64,000 bases of DNA from Girardia tigrina (lineage: Eukaryota), in NCBI GenBank assembly GCA_001938485.1, contig MQRK01219513.1:31161-95160 (forward strand). The letters are read 5' to 3'. This document shows positions 1 through 12,500 of this stretch, in pieces (within the stretch, counting starts at the first letter, position 1; each line of letters begins with the position of its first letter). The notes beneath the pieces were generated by a model. The model was not told the DNA's origin. It did not search any database and was given only the letters and a program-made list of their open reading frames with translations. The translations under genes were made by a program, and so were the position numbers.

Positions 1-163
1 AGAGGCCATTATTGCCGCTAATGGCGGTTTCATTGAATGATGTAGTCCTTTATGTACGTGTTAATATATGTAAAATTTTAAATTGTAATAAATGTTATTT
101 TTCTGTTGTATATTCATTTATTTAAATAAATGTCATTTTGTTCTCAAATAGCTGCCGCACCCT
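1..163 (+). mobile_element. 3' end of a Tc1/mariner-superfamily transposon (transposase C-terminus plus right TIR)
   Basis: Reads EAIIAANGGFIE* at 2-40, typical of the Tc1/mariner C-terminus. Ends ...GCCGCACCCTG followed by TA. Confidence 0.6.
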
Positions 164-960
164 GTATATATTTATAGAAAGTAAGCTAATAAAAAGAATG
201 GAAAAATAAGAAGGCAATTTATGTAGATAATTTGAATGTTACTGAAAAATAAAATATTACATTCTTAGTTAATCCCTTCCCATATATTTATCACCAGATA
301 AGTGTTTATTTTGTCTCGTTTATTTATGTAAATTTGACTTCCGTTTTTTTATGTAAACTAACATTTTATTCTTCAGTTTTTTTCAAAAATATGGGTTCTA
401 GATTGTTTCAGTGAAGCCTTTAATTTTTAAATTTTTTTAAACCTTTTCGGGATCAATGTTTTTGTTAGGCAATATCATTTTCAACTTTGGCTTAAATAAT
501 AGGTTTCCGAAATCCGATTTATTATAATAACTATAGATTTCCAGCTCTCTGGAGTATGATTTTAATGAACTCAATAGTAAGATTAAAAGCCCTTCTTTTG
601 TGTAACAAAGAACTGAGTCCTACGACCTTCATGGGTAATCTTTACTTGATGAAATCTGTGTCTCCAGCCAGTAATGTATTAAAATTTTCAAAGATATTAC
701 TTTTTTTAATGAATTCTTTAAATTATCTTTTAATAATAATAAATATTTTTAAGCTATAAATTAGTTAACGGTCAATATTTTTTATTATTTATGATATCCT
801 GAATTCAAAAATTTATTTTAACTCATAACAAAAGTTGAATTAAAAGATTAAGCATTTATCCAATATTTTTCTAGAAATCTCAAATACACAGAAATACAAA
901 AGAAAATAATTCAAATTAAAGAAGATTTTTTTGCTGTCATTTCCCAAAGGAACTTATACC

Positions 961-2313
961 ATGGATCATCAAATTAATATTAAATCTTCCAAAAAGCTTT
1001 GGGATCGTATCCGACTTATTTACAGCAACATCCAACTGGTTGGAAATCAACTGAAATCGCAATTCGATAATTTTAATGCAACATACAGAAATATAAATCG
1101 ATATTTTTCAAAACATTTCAGTAGAAACCCTTCAGAAATCGAAGATCTTGTCAACATTAGTCTTTTAAAATCCAATCCAAACTCAACAGCAACTTCTGTC
1201 TTTCTGCAAGAAAACGATTTTAAATACATAGATATTCAACTTTCTATTTATCAAACTCTTCAAAACTTACATAATATTCTCACAAATGATGTTGTAAAAA
1301 TCTTAGCCAAAGAACATTTAGAATATTTTCAACAGTCAAAACACGATCGTGGATTCAACAAAGTGTTAAAATGCATATCAGATACGAGAATGGCTATAGA
1401 TTCCTTAAAAAAGGGTTACACATACGATAAATTATCATGCTCAGAATCAGATCTTCCACCCCAAGAAAAGTTGTGGTATCTATATTGCCTTACAGAGAGA
1501 GAACTTTTCGCTTCTTGTAATCTTTTAGAATCAGTTGATAGTTGGGAGAAAAATTCCATCAAACGGATCAATATTCAAGAACCTATTAATGACTCATTAC
1601 CACTTTTGGAAACTCATCATAAATCTTCAAGAATGTCTTACAATGTACCCATGAAACACCAAAAAAATCCAAAAAAAAGTAGTTTTGATACTACTGGAAA
1701 CCATTGGCAAGATAATTTAAGAAATCATATTAAACCATCGAGTGAAATTTTTTCTTTAGAAGAATCAATTGAAACTAACGATTTTGTGGATTTGAATCAA
1801 ATTCTAAAGATTTGTAAATGGAATTTTAAAGAACCATCGGAATCATCACGATCATTTAAACCACTTTGTGATAAAACCTTTTTGTTTCGAAATAAACAGG
1901 CTGTCAGTAAACCTCATGGAATAATTCAACCTTACCTGGCGAAAATCAGTGTGACGTCCAGGATGACTAATGATGAAGACGAACCCCGTGATTCTATGGA
2001 AATAGATCTATCATCTGGCAGAGCGCTACTTTTCAAAAAAACCTCAAAACCAAAACAACCCTGTTACTTAGAATTACAGAAATTTAATAAAAAGCTTTCC
2101 AGTCTTCAGGAATCCGTTAATCAATTAATAGCCGATCAAGAAACGATTGAAAAAATAATGGAGAACCCTTTAAGAGATCACGTTCAGAAAAGTTTGGACT
2201 GGTTGAGGTCTCTTTATATACACAAATCAAACCATATTGAAAACATTCAAAACGAAATCAATAAAATTAAAGTCGAAAAAGCTTTTTATCTTCAAAACTC
2301 TCGAAAGAAATAG
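961..2313 (+). CDS. Uncharacterised intronless protein of about 450 aa; helical N-terminal half, Ser/Lys-rich linker, C-terminal coiled coil
   Basis: 1.35-kb uninterrupted ORF in very AT-rich DNA, first ATG at 961. Heptad-like C-terminus (LQKFNKKLSSLQESVNQLI...IENIQNEINKIK). No recognisable family or transposase motif. Confidence 0.7.
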   Translation: MDHQINIKSSKKLWDRIRLIYSNIQLVGNQLKSQFDNFNATYRNINRYFSKHFSRNPSEIEDLVNISLLKSNPNSTATSVFLQENDFKYIDIQLSIYQTLQNLHNILTNDVVKILAKEHLEYFQQSKHDRGFNKVLKCISDTRMAIDSLKKGYTYDKLSCSESDLPPQEKLWYLYCLTERELFASCNLLESVDSWEKNSIKRINIQEPINDSLPLLETHHKSSRMSYNVPMKHQKNPKKSSFDTTGNHWQDNLRNHIKPSSEIFSLEESIETNDFVDLNQILKICKWNFKEPSESSRSFKPLCDKTFLFRNKQAVSKPHGIIQPYLAKISVTSRMTNDEDEPRDSMEIDLSSGRALLFKKTSKPKQPCYLELQKFNKKLSSLQESVNQLIADQETIEKIMENPLRDHVQKSLDWLRSLYIHKSNHIENIQNEINKIKVEKAFYLQNSRKK

Positions 2314-2690
2314 TTTATTTTTCTTCTGATTTTGATCATACAACAATTATGACTGTTGTTGTCTGATTTTCTGTAATTGACTTTATAATAATTATAATAA
2401 ATAGAATCTGTGAGGTTCGTAGTTGTGATTTTCAAGAGTATTGCTCCAAAATTAATGGTAAACGAACAAGATAAAAGGTTCAAACTTGTATACAAACGTC
2501 TCTGAAAACAGATTATCGATTGATTCTGGTTCAATGTGATGAAATGTGTCAAATTCACAATCAGATTAACAATATGCACTGTGCAGTTTTATTATTATAA
2601 AAACGTGTGTAATTAAGTTATATTTTTTATAATTGATCTGAATCATTTTGTTTAGTGAGTTCGTTCTCTCTCAGATTCTTTTTTGTGTCT

Positions 2691-2754
2691 ATGAATCGAA
2701 TGAGATTTGTTCGTGAAATAAAACTATTTGCTTTTTTCTTTCTCATAACAAGAG
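2691..2754 (+). CDS. Ly6/Quiver-like gene exon 1 (signal peptide)
   Basis: ATG...hydrophobic LFAFFFLI, GT donor at 2755; phase 1 matches exon 2. Confidence 0.7.
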
Positions 2755-5700
2755 GTTGAAAATTAAATCTTGTCTTTTTTTTGATAAGAAACACTTTTTT
2801 GTTTTTATCATTAATCATAGATTATTTTTTTATTTATTTTCAATAGTGGAATCGAAGATCAAATGTTATATTTGCGATAATTATGCTCTTCTTGATAAAG
2901 TCCAACAATCGAAAGACGGATGCAGTGAAACGGACACTTTGGAAAATTTGGAACAATATAAAACTGAATGCGATAATGAGGATTATAATTCTTGTATGAA
3001 AACCGTTTTCGAAAGATATCAGTCCAATCCTGATTCCTGGGGACTCTATCCCAAATGTTAGAAGAAGTTATTTAATTAATTATTTTTGTTTTTTATGGAA
3101 AAGAATATAATTATTATAAAAAATGATTAATCAAAACAATTTTTTATTTCTTAAAAATTATTTTTTGGGGATTTTTCAAAGTTTATAAAACATAATAGTA
3201 CTGGGTAAATCAAATATTTAAATTGTTTTTTTTAATTTTAAAATTAATTTTTGGTGCCTTCATATCCTCTTTTTCAATGGTTTATTCTCTTTTCCTAATG
3301 TCGGTACTGAGCTTTCTTGTTAAAAGAAACAAGAGGAATTATTTTCTTACTTTATGTATAAATATTGTTAAATTATTTATAAAATTTGGAATAAGTGAAG
3401 ATATATATATTTTTAGGATTCAACTATAAAAATCTTATTATGTTTTAGGAGATAGCGATTTTGTAATACAACTTTCCCCAGACTCGGTAGGTAAATTAAT
3501 AAATCAAAAATCTGAATATCTATGAATGTCATATGTTAGAGGTTCGAGGTTGAATATTAATGGTAACAATCCAGCAATCACAATGAACCATCGAGCAATT
3601 TTACATGCTCTGCTGATATTATTACATTTTCATAAGTTTACAGACCTTTATTTCTCGTTCTAGGGTTACAATTTTATGACTTTAAACATGGCTTTTCAAT
3701 ATTTCATACGACGAGGGTTAACAAAAGAGTCTGGATATAACATATTTCATGACTAAAGTTGAAAATGTCAATCGTGCAGCACCTGAATAAATTAGTCAAT
3801 TCTTCTTTTTCTTCTTTTGACATTAGCCGTTGGGCCGTGGATGCACCTAATTAAAAACAAGCCTTTGCCACATCTTTCTATTTTTAGTTTCTTTTCTCAG
3901 ACATTCCATACTCAGTCCAGTCCATTCTTTTAAATCGTCCGTCAATTGCCTCTTTGGTCTTTCTCCTTCTACTCTTCCCTCAATCATAACCTTTGCTAGT
4001 GCTTGTTTTCTTATTTGATGTCCGTAGAATTTCATCCTCCTTCTCTTGATGGTCTCTTCTATTAATTCCGGTCTTTTACCCAGTATTTCTGTCTTTCTCC
4101 TCCAAACAAAGTCATTTGTCTTCTTTTCCTTCTACGTGATCTTCAGCATTCTCCTGTAGCACTTCATTTGAAACGCCTTAAGTCTATCCATACTCTTCTG
4201 ATTTATTGTCCACCTCTCGCATCCATAGAGGAGTGTTACCCAGACAATAGCCTTAGTGATCTTTAATCTGCTCTTGAGATGGATTCCTTTGAGGTTAACA
4301 CTGTGCTAATTTTAATCATTTATTATTTAAAAATTTATTGTATTAATTGTATTTCGTGATAGAAAATCGGTGACGATATTGTTTTTGCCAGGTATGTAGA
4401 GTATTGAGCAGTCGAATTGAGATACATAACATGTTTGGTTTAATTGCCTCGGACTTGGGTGTTTCACATTTAAAGCCTGTGTTAAAGGTTTGTGGTCCGT
4501 GTGAATTTTGAAATGTCGATGAATGAGGTATTCTTCGAAATGCTTGATAGAGCGGTAGATAGTCAATAATTCAATAATAATAGAACAGAGCCAATTGCCA
4601 CGTTAGAAGCGTCTGTTGTGAGAGTTAATTCGGTATCGTTTTGAAGCATGTATAATTTATTTATGTTTGCCATTAACCTGTTGAAATACTCGAGAGTTTC
4701 TACCTCCCAAATTATCGGTTCGAGTTTCTTTTTGTTTTTTATTAAATTGGTGAGTGGCACGAGAAAAGCTGAACAGTTGGGTATGAATTTGTGGTAAAAA
4801 TTAATTATCCCGCAGAAATGTCTGATTTCCTGAACGTTTTGGGTGGTTGAATTAACTTGATTTGTTCCAGTTTTTCTTTGATTGTATAGATGGTACCCTG
4901 TTCAATTGTGTGGCAAAGGAAATTGATTTTTCTCTTGTTGAACTCACATTTTCCAGGTTGAGGTTTAACTTGTTGACTTTATTTTATTTATTTTGACTTT
5001 ACTTTACTTCTGACACCACTGTAAAACTTCAAATTTATCCTTCAGATAACTTAAAGAATAAATTGGAAGTTTTAGCGTTTATTTTTTTTTTAATATAACG
5101 TATGAATAATATAAGGTAATAAACAGATCTAAACCTATAGTCGTTAGATAAGTTTAGTAGCTAAAAAAAATTCTAAAAGAAATAATGCAAATTACAGATA
5201 AAATCTTATAATGGCAATAAAACTTCGCAACTTAATACAAATACTAATTCCTTCATACACCCGAAGTGTGATCGTCAAATATACAGTTCACGACGAAACG
5301 AAACAAAAAAAACAATCTGGCGTAGTACTTGACAATCTGTGTTCAGGTAATTAATTCTCAATAGCAGTAACCAATAATAACGTATTAATCAGTTGGCGAT
5401 TCGTATTACGATTCCACAATATAACGGCATCGTTAAGGAAAATAATTAATTTCTGATTATTAATTGATGTATGGATTGTAATTTGAATTACAAATTCAAA
5501 TTGAAGTCCTGTCATTAATAATAATTCTTTATGGTTTATTCAGTTCGTTATAAAGAAACTAATTTCTTTCCGAATTAATGTTCGAACTCAACTTCAAGGT
5601 TAGTAGATAACGAATCTTGTCTTTCAAACATTTTCCTTTTGTAATAAATTTCTTTTCTTCATCAGTAAAATCGCAGGTTAACCGATATATAAAAATAACG

Positions 5701-6408
5701 AAATAAAAAAAAGAATAAAAAAATCACAACGACTAATGACTGGATACAAACGTTTTATAACAAGGAAAATAATGACGTACACAAAAAACATAAATAGACA
5801 AAGGAAAAAAAATACATGCAAAAGAAATGAAAAAAAGAAGAAGTGAGTTATCACATATAAGGATTAAAAAATTTGTCATATAGATGAAGTATTGCTGGTC
5901 ATTAAACTTTCGTAAAAGTATCTGAAAAATGTTGTTTGAGGGGCCATTAAAAACATAATATTAAAAAAACTTAAAATTGAAAATGAATAAAATAAAAAGT
6001 TCACGAGGAGAAACGTTCAAAGAAATTTTTTTAAATAAAATAAATAATGAATGAAGAATGACTTTAATACTGAAATTAGAAAGTTAATATGAAATATAAT
6101 AAATAATATTTACAATACAATTATTATTTAATTAATCAATACATTAATTAATTAATTTATTTATTTAATTAATACAATTATTTCATTAATTATTTAAATT
6201 ATCATTAGTAGTGACAATTGTGGCCCGAGATTGTGCCAGATCAATGATCGGTAATGGATGTATACAGAAAATTGGATCAAACTCGAAAACATACGACTGT
6301 TACTGTGACTCAGATTACTGCAATAAAACTAATTCTATTCATAACCAAAATATTCAATTACTTCTATTTTTTATTTGTATGAATTTCCTAATTTTTTATC
6401 ATTTATGA
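2691..6408 (+). CDS. Ly6/uPAR three-finger protein, Quiver/Sleepless-like, secreted and predicted GPI-anchored (157 aa, 3 exons)
   Basis: Exons 2691-2754, 2847-3056 and 6209-6408 with phase-1 GT-AG introns join in frame: MNRMRFVREIKLFAFFFLITRVES-KIKCYIC...C...C...C...RDC...C...CYCDSDYCN, then a hydrophobic tail. Ten Cys in the LU-domain pattern. Confidence 0.85.
2847..3056 (+). CDS. Ly6/Quiver-like gene exon 2
   Basis: Acceptor TTTTCAATAG; encodes KIKCYICDN...GC...EC...SCMK; GT donor at 3057. Confidence 0.85.
3800..4290 (-). mobile_element. 5'-truncated RTE-clade LINE remnant (ORF C-terminus plus AAG-rich tail)
   Basis: Minus strand reads TLLYGCERWT...AFQMKCYRRMLKI...KRRRMKFYGH...EGRVEGERP...DDLKEW, followed by an (AAG)-like tail near 3800. 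Confidence 0.8.
4327..5020 (-). mobile_element. Internally deleted Ty3/gypsy LTR retrotransposon (RT connection/RNase H remnant with PBS)
   Basis: LTTDASNVAIGSVL and FKIHTDHKPL...YIPGKNNIVTDFLSR RNase H motifs. PBS TGGTGTCAGAAGT (5018-5006), complementary to the tRNA-Leu 3' end, follows ...TTACA. Confidence 0.85.
6209..6408 (+). CDS. Ly6/Quiver-like gene exon 3
   Basis: TAGTAG acceptor; encodes VARDCARS...GC...CYCDSDYCN plus a GPI-signal-like tail; TGA stop. Confidence 0.85.
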
Positions 6409-7249
6409 CTATTTGATTCATTTGCCTCAGAAATAACGAAATTGAAATTTAATTCGAAAATTGAATTTAAATTTAATACGTTTTCTTTGATTTTTAAAAT
6501 TCCAAATATACATTTTATTTAACTGGAGCAATTAATTGTTCTCTTTTTATAAAAAAAAATAAAAATGTTTGGAATATTCTTTTGCTTTATTGAACATAAA
6601 AATATGGTTTCTTTTATATTAAAAATTAATTGCCATTTAATTATCAATTATGTTTTTATTTGAAATGTTAGTTTTTTATTATTTAAAAAATATTTTTATT
6701 TTATTATAAGGAAATAATTATAAAATTTTACTACATAAATGTACATCATTATTTATCTTTATTTCATGAAACTTTTCTTATGTGTATTCATTTGTTCTTG
6801 TTCTAAAGATTAATTTTATCGTGTTTACCATGTTTTATATACTCATTGTGTTGTTATCCATTCGAGTGGAATTTTGCGATCGATTTTAAAGTCTCTTCTC
6901 TTTTAACTAAGAGCTTTGAAATTTAAAATAAAATGGCAATACAATACTATATGGCAATACAATATTTTAGCATATAGAGAGAGCTAATCCAAGTTTTTAG
7001 GTCAGTTTCGATTAATGTTGATTTTTGCTTGCGAAGTTTTTTTACAAACCAATGAAACTACTTTTTATTTGTAAGTAGATAATTCTTCTTAATAAATGTG
7101 ATATTATTTAATTATAATTTAGATGTTTGTTTACATTTAGTATTTTCAAAAAGCTTAGTATGGAAAAATATGATTTTGTAAATTGTTTTTGATTCTAGGG
7201 ATTTTAAAAATTGTTAAATCCTTTTAAAAAGAAACCTTATTGTAGGTAA

Positions 7250-7525
7250 TGTCTTTAAAGTAATAACTGTCATTCAAAGAGAATTAAAAACATCCTCACC
7301 AATCTGGCCAAAAGTCGAAGTTGTCTGTGAGAGACCTTCAGACTCTAAATCAAATTGTTGGATTGAATAACAAAATCACGACAGAGCTCAATAAACACCT
7401 ACAGAATTGAGTTCCACAAAAATGATTTTTCAAGGGCTACACCACTTTGGATTCCACGGAAGAGTTTCAACTGGAAAACCTATCCTCTCAGAGGCAAATG
7501 TTTCAAAGTGTTTATAGTGGTAAAG
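7250..7525 (+). mobile_element. Tc1 transposase N-terminal remnant
   Basis: Degenerate ITTELN...LHHFGFHGRVSTGKPILSEANVSKCL*W, matching the Tc1 region that follows the HTH domain. Confidence 0.55.
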
Positions 7526-8954
7526 AAACTTTTAGAATTAGTCCTTTTATCATTAAAAAATGTAATTTTCTCTTACCAAGAATTATTTAGCCTATTTATG
7601 ACCTCCGGACGAGTGTACTTTGAGATACAATCTAAATACGTATTTCATCTAGACTTCCTTTTCTCAATCGTTAAACATGGTAGATTTTCTTAATTACCTC
7701 ATGAGCTATTTTTTGAAAAACCTCGAGCCAATGATTTCTCTTTACAGACGAAATAACAACCGAAATAATAAACCAGTTTCATCCTATCATTCTAATGGAG
7801 CTAACCATGTCATACTGCAACTACATACTTTACCAGATTTCAATATTTTTGAGCCTTTTTTGTCGATTTTAGAGATTCAAGTGAGAAATCAGTTTAAACT
7901 TGTTTTGAGTCTAATAAAGTTGGAGAATATTTATTGAAGAATGGTCTCAAATTCCTTTGGAAAAAAATCATAACCTCGGTAGTTTAAGTCTCTTTCCCCT
8001 CAAATATTGATCTGCATTGTATTAAAAATATTTTCTTGATTTTTCAAGGTGATTCTATTATTTGGCCAATCCATGTATGATTACTGATGAGTTCTTACAT
8101 ATTTTAGGGGAGTTTGATTATAATATTTTGAAAGAAACATAAGATAAAAATTACATTATAAAATATTTACAATATTATTACAATAAATAATATATTGTAA
8201 CTATCTGTGAAACGAAAATCACAATCTTTACCAATAGTACAATAAATTTTACAATTAATTGTCTACCCCGACAAAATGAATTAAATATTTGTATCAAATT
8301 TTAGGCATGGTGAATACATGTTACAAAAAAAGAGATCAAGAGTAAAGAGTCAAAGATACGGAACAAGAAAAATAAATTGCTTAAACAAAACACAAATGAT
8401 AATAACATATTGTGTCTTTAGAACGTTTCTGAGAGTTCCTCCAGTAACTTCCATTAATATGCTCGTCTAATTACATTTACTAATCCATTTTTACAATGGC
8501 GAAAGTCGTAATAATTATTGGAATCTTGATGAGAATGTAGAAGTTTCTTGTTTTAATATTAAATAAATTCCTTTTTCTTCTTTCAATGAGAATGTATTTT
8601 ACAATTCAAAAATAAATATTTGTAATAATAAATAATAAAAAAATAATAATCATTTATAAAGTTTCAATTGTGTTAAAAATATTCTCTGATACTTCATTAA
8701 AAATATATATTTTACCAAATCGTATTTTTATATTCATTACAAGAATTTTATGTGAAATAAAATAAAAATGTAACTTCTTATATCAATTAAATCAGAGCTC
8801 ATTTTAATCCTTTGACTTCTCTTAAACGACAAACAATCGTCATTACTGATTTGTAATCCGGTGTCATGTAATATGTTACAAACAATTCATGTGAAATTCG
8901 AAATGATAATCCTTGAAATGAAAGTTAGTAAGTTATATAACATAAAAGATCACA

Positions 8955-9745
8955 TTTTAATACCACGTTTTTTTATTATTACCACGTTTTTCTTAACTTA
9001 CTTTCTTGTATGTCTGTCTGTCTGTTTGTCTGTCTGGAACAAATTTTGCGATTGATTTTTCGACCACTTTCAGTCATCCAATTGAGCTGAATTTTTTTTA
9101 TACAGGCTTACTTCCGATGACAATACAATTTGATAAAAAAAATTTTTGAAAAAAAATAATTTTTTCTAATTTTTCTTGCAAAAAACCACTTACGATTATC
9201 TACAAATTTATACACTGTATTAAATAGCAATCTTTTCGTTTATTTTCATGAATGAAGTTTTATACAGGCTTGCTTCCGATGACAATACAATTTGNNNNNN
9301 NNNNNNNNNNNNNNNNNNNNNNNNNNNNNNNNNNNNNNNNNNNNCAATTTGATAAAAAAAATTTTGAAAAAAAAATTCCTAAATGATAACTAAAAATAGT
9401 TAAATAATATTATTAATAAAAAAATTTTTTTATAAAAACAACCACGTTTTTCAAGCATTACCAGCACTAAAAGGAGGAAAATAATTTTTTTCTAGACATG
9501 TGAGAAATTTTATACCTAACCAAAAACGTGGGGCATAGAAATGATCGATTGTTACTAAAATGCAGTAAAGAGAAAATAGCAGTTACTAATAGCAGTAATT
9601 CAGAAATCCGCCCCATGTTTTGGGTTAGGTATAAAATTTCTCACATGTCGAGAAAAAAATTATTTTCCTCCTTTTAGTGCATTGGTAATGCTTGAAAAAC
9701 GTGGTTGTTTTTATAAAAAATTTTTTTATTAATAATATTTTTAAT
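8955..9745. mobile_element. Helentron/DINE-like non-autonomous element with internal foldback
   Basis: T-rich start, repeated ACCACGTTTTT motif, (TGTC)n microsatellite at 9011-9036, and near-perfect inverted arms of about 130 bp (9407-9534 / 9610-9741). Contains the gap at 9295-9344. Confidence 0.55.
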
Positions 9746-9934
9746 AATCAGAAAGTCAATTGTGTATATTCTAAAATTGGTCAAAGTTTCTTTTTCAATA
9801 CTTTGGAATATTCTCTCCACTGGTGATTATGATCCAATGATACATTCATTTTTTCAACAATATATAAAATATTTTAGAACACAAAACTAATGACCAAATT
9901 CAGCAATCATCTCTGCAGCAATATCAGTCCAAAA

Positions 9935-10480
9935 ACAAATAAAAAGTTATATTTGCTTTCATCAAAATTAAATTTTTCAGTCAAAATTTATATTAAAAAT
10001 AAAAATATTTTCAGACTTAATAATGCCGAAAAAATTTTAGCCTTTTTATAACAGTTTGAGCTTCCTGAACTTGAATTCTAAACTTCTAATTCTAAATTCT
10101 GAACTTTTTTCACTAATCTAGAAATTTCAACTGCTTATTAATGAGTTGTATCGACGTTGAACATCTTTATTTCCTTTAATTTACGGTACTCTTGCCGAGA
10201 TCTCACATCGTATGCAACATCTATCACTCGAAAAACTTTGGACGCACTTCTTTGTTTTTTATCCAAAAGCTCTATATAAATACTGAGAGCTAATCTACTT
10301 AACGAAAATGAAAAAAATATAAATATCTCCGGCATCTTTTGAATGTTAATCAGGAAACAAATAAAAAGTAATATTTGCTTTCATCAAAATTAAATTTTCA
10401 AAAATTTTCGGTCAAAAATTACTTGATAATGTCGAAAGATTTGAGCCTTTTCAAAACAGTTTCAGAGTCCTGAACTTAAG
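9935..10480 (+). repeat. Pair of diverged direct repeats of about 130 bp (9935-10075 and 10355-10480)
   Basis: AAACAAATAAAAAGT.ATATTTGCTTTCATCAAAATTAAATTTT...AACAGTTT...TCCTGAACTT occurs twice. Confidence 0.8.
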
Positions 10481-12245
10481 AATAGGTATTAAAAAGTATT
10501 TCATTACTGTAATGTCAGTGACATTCGTTTAATGGTAGAAATTATTAGAAAGAAATTAAAATTGTAAAAATTAATCAACAAAATTTTGAAATTCATTATA
10601 TTTTTTTTAACAGTAATTAAAATATAAATTGATAAAAATATAAGTAAAAATAAAAATTATTTATCATCATTTCCAAAATATGAATTACATTTTTTACATA
10701 AAAGTAAAATAAAAAATAAATTGCCGATTAAGGAAGTTTTTTAATGTTTATTGGAAACGTAAATATGAATTTGGAAAAAGTTTGTTTTAAAACGGGAAGA
10801 AATAGTTGTAAAAAATTAATTAATCAAAGGGTAAAGTTTTCAAAGAATGGAAAACACTGAAGTAACTTTAACGAATAATGAAACAAACGAAGCGCTTTGG
10901 ATTTGATATTCCGAAAATAATTAAATTACATGAATATTTTGCCAAAAATATTTTAAAAATAGGAATTTGTCGCATATTAATTCAAAAAAAATACAAAGAA
11001 AACTCAAATAGGATGAAAAAATTCAATAAAATAATTTCATATATTTAAAATAATTTTACGTAATTAATACAAAATAAAACAATTCAAATATCTAATTTAC
11101 GTTTCTTTTAAAAACCTTAACCAAAAATAAATGAAGGATGTAAGATTAGAAAACAATATGCTTTTATTTGGATTAAACTTTCGAAATGCGCATTCTAATT
11201 TAACTTGAAAGTAGAAATAGTTTTAAAATATTGAAAAGAATAATTATTGCTTTGCAAAAATCATTCATAAAATCATTGTTGATATACATATAGATAGACA
11301 TATGAAAAAGAGAATCAAAACATCTCTCTGAACGTTCTACTCATAGACTTTGTGGATTTTGAAGCACAAAAAAATTAAATTTGCACATTATGGTCTTGTA
11401 GTATGTGTAAAGTACCTCTGCTTCAACGAAAAAAGATGTGTTTTGAAAATTATCATCATATTTGATATCTTATTGTACAATGTGACATTTTCAGTCTCTT
11501 CTTATAATTAAAAACTTTTAAAACTACGATAGAAACAAAAAATAAAAAATTCATATTAGGTTTAATTAGTTAAAACATTACAATTTTTGTTAATTTTTAT
11601 AAAAATAAAATTTCCGTACAACATGGGTTTTTCTATTGTCTAAAATCATGTGCCTAAAATGTTTAATATACCATACATTGATTTGCTAAATATTTTAACG
11701 TCTACTTTGAAACCCATCATTATCTTTTAACGTGAAAATCATTTAAATAAAATAAAATTTAATAAAATTATAAACATCAAATTGAATTTTAGGAAATATA
11801 AATATAATCAATGTAGTTCACTAAAATTTAAATATATAATATTTAAACATATTTCTCCATACTGAAATTTAGTAAATATTTTTAATGAAGTTTAAAGGAA
11901 AAATAAATTTTGAAGTTAAATAAAAAAAATAAATTATTAACTCGATTCAATGATTTTAAAATTAAGAAATAAAGAAAATTTTTTTTGAAAAATCAGTTAA
12001 CACAAATTTAATAACACACCAACTTCCAACTAGGTAAGAGAATCACCATTTAAGTTAAGCCTACCAATGAATATACCACATATATAGAAATTAAAATATT
12101 CCTCAAAGTATCAGATTATGACTCAACAATTGAAGACGAAGGACTCCCAAAAAATGGATTGTTTATTCAAATATAATTTGATAAATAGTAATAAATATTT
12201 ATAAAAGAAATTATAATTTTAAAAAACTATGATATACGTGATAAC

Positions 12246-12500
12246 GGTATGGGAACACTTAATCCCTAGACAGTTCATCCCGGTACAGTGAATCCCGGAC
12301 ACTTGATCCCGATTATAGTTAATAATAACAAAAAATAACAAAAGTCTCCAATAAATATTATTATCAATTAAACATTAACTTTCAGGAGTGTGATATATGA
12401 GCCATTGCACGTAGAAAGACAAGTACCTCATTACGATTATATGATTCATTCAAAGCCTTTCAAAGGAACACTCATCAGTATGCAGTACTAAATTTACTTG
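12246..12500 (-). mobile_element. MULE (Mutator) 3' end: TIR with tandem subrepeats plus transposase C-terminus
   Basis: ACACTT.ATCCC-type repeats of about 15 bp at 12251-12312. Minus strand reads ESYNRNEVLVFLRAMAHISHS*, homologous to the MULE C-terminus at 42920-43009. Confidence 0.7.

Noticed and set aside
5006-5018. tRNA-Leu 3' end sequence ACTTCTGACACCA as a tRNA gene
   Set aside because: Only 13 nt including CCA; this is a retrotransposon primer-binding site with no cloverleaf.
8415-8455. Hammerhead-like hairpin followed by GAAACGTTC on the minus strand
   Set aside because: The CUGANGA core is absent; too degenerate to call.
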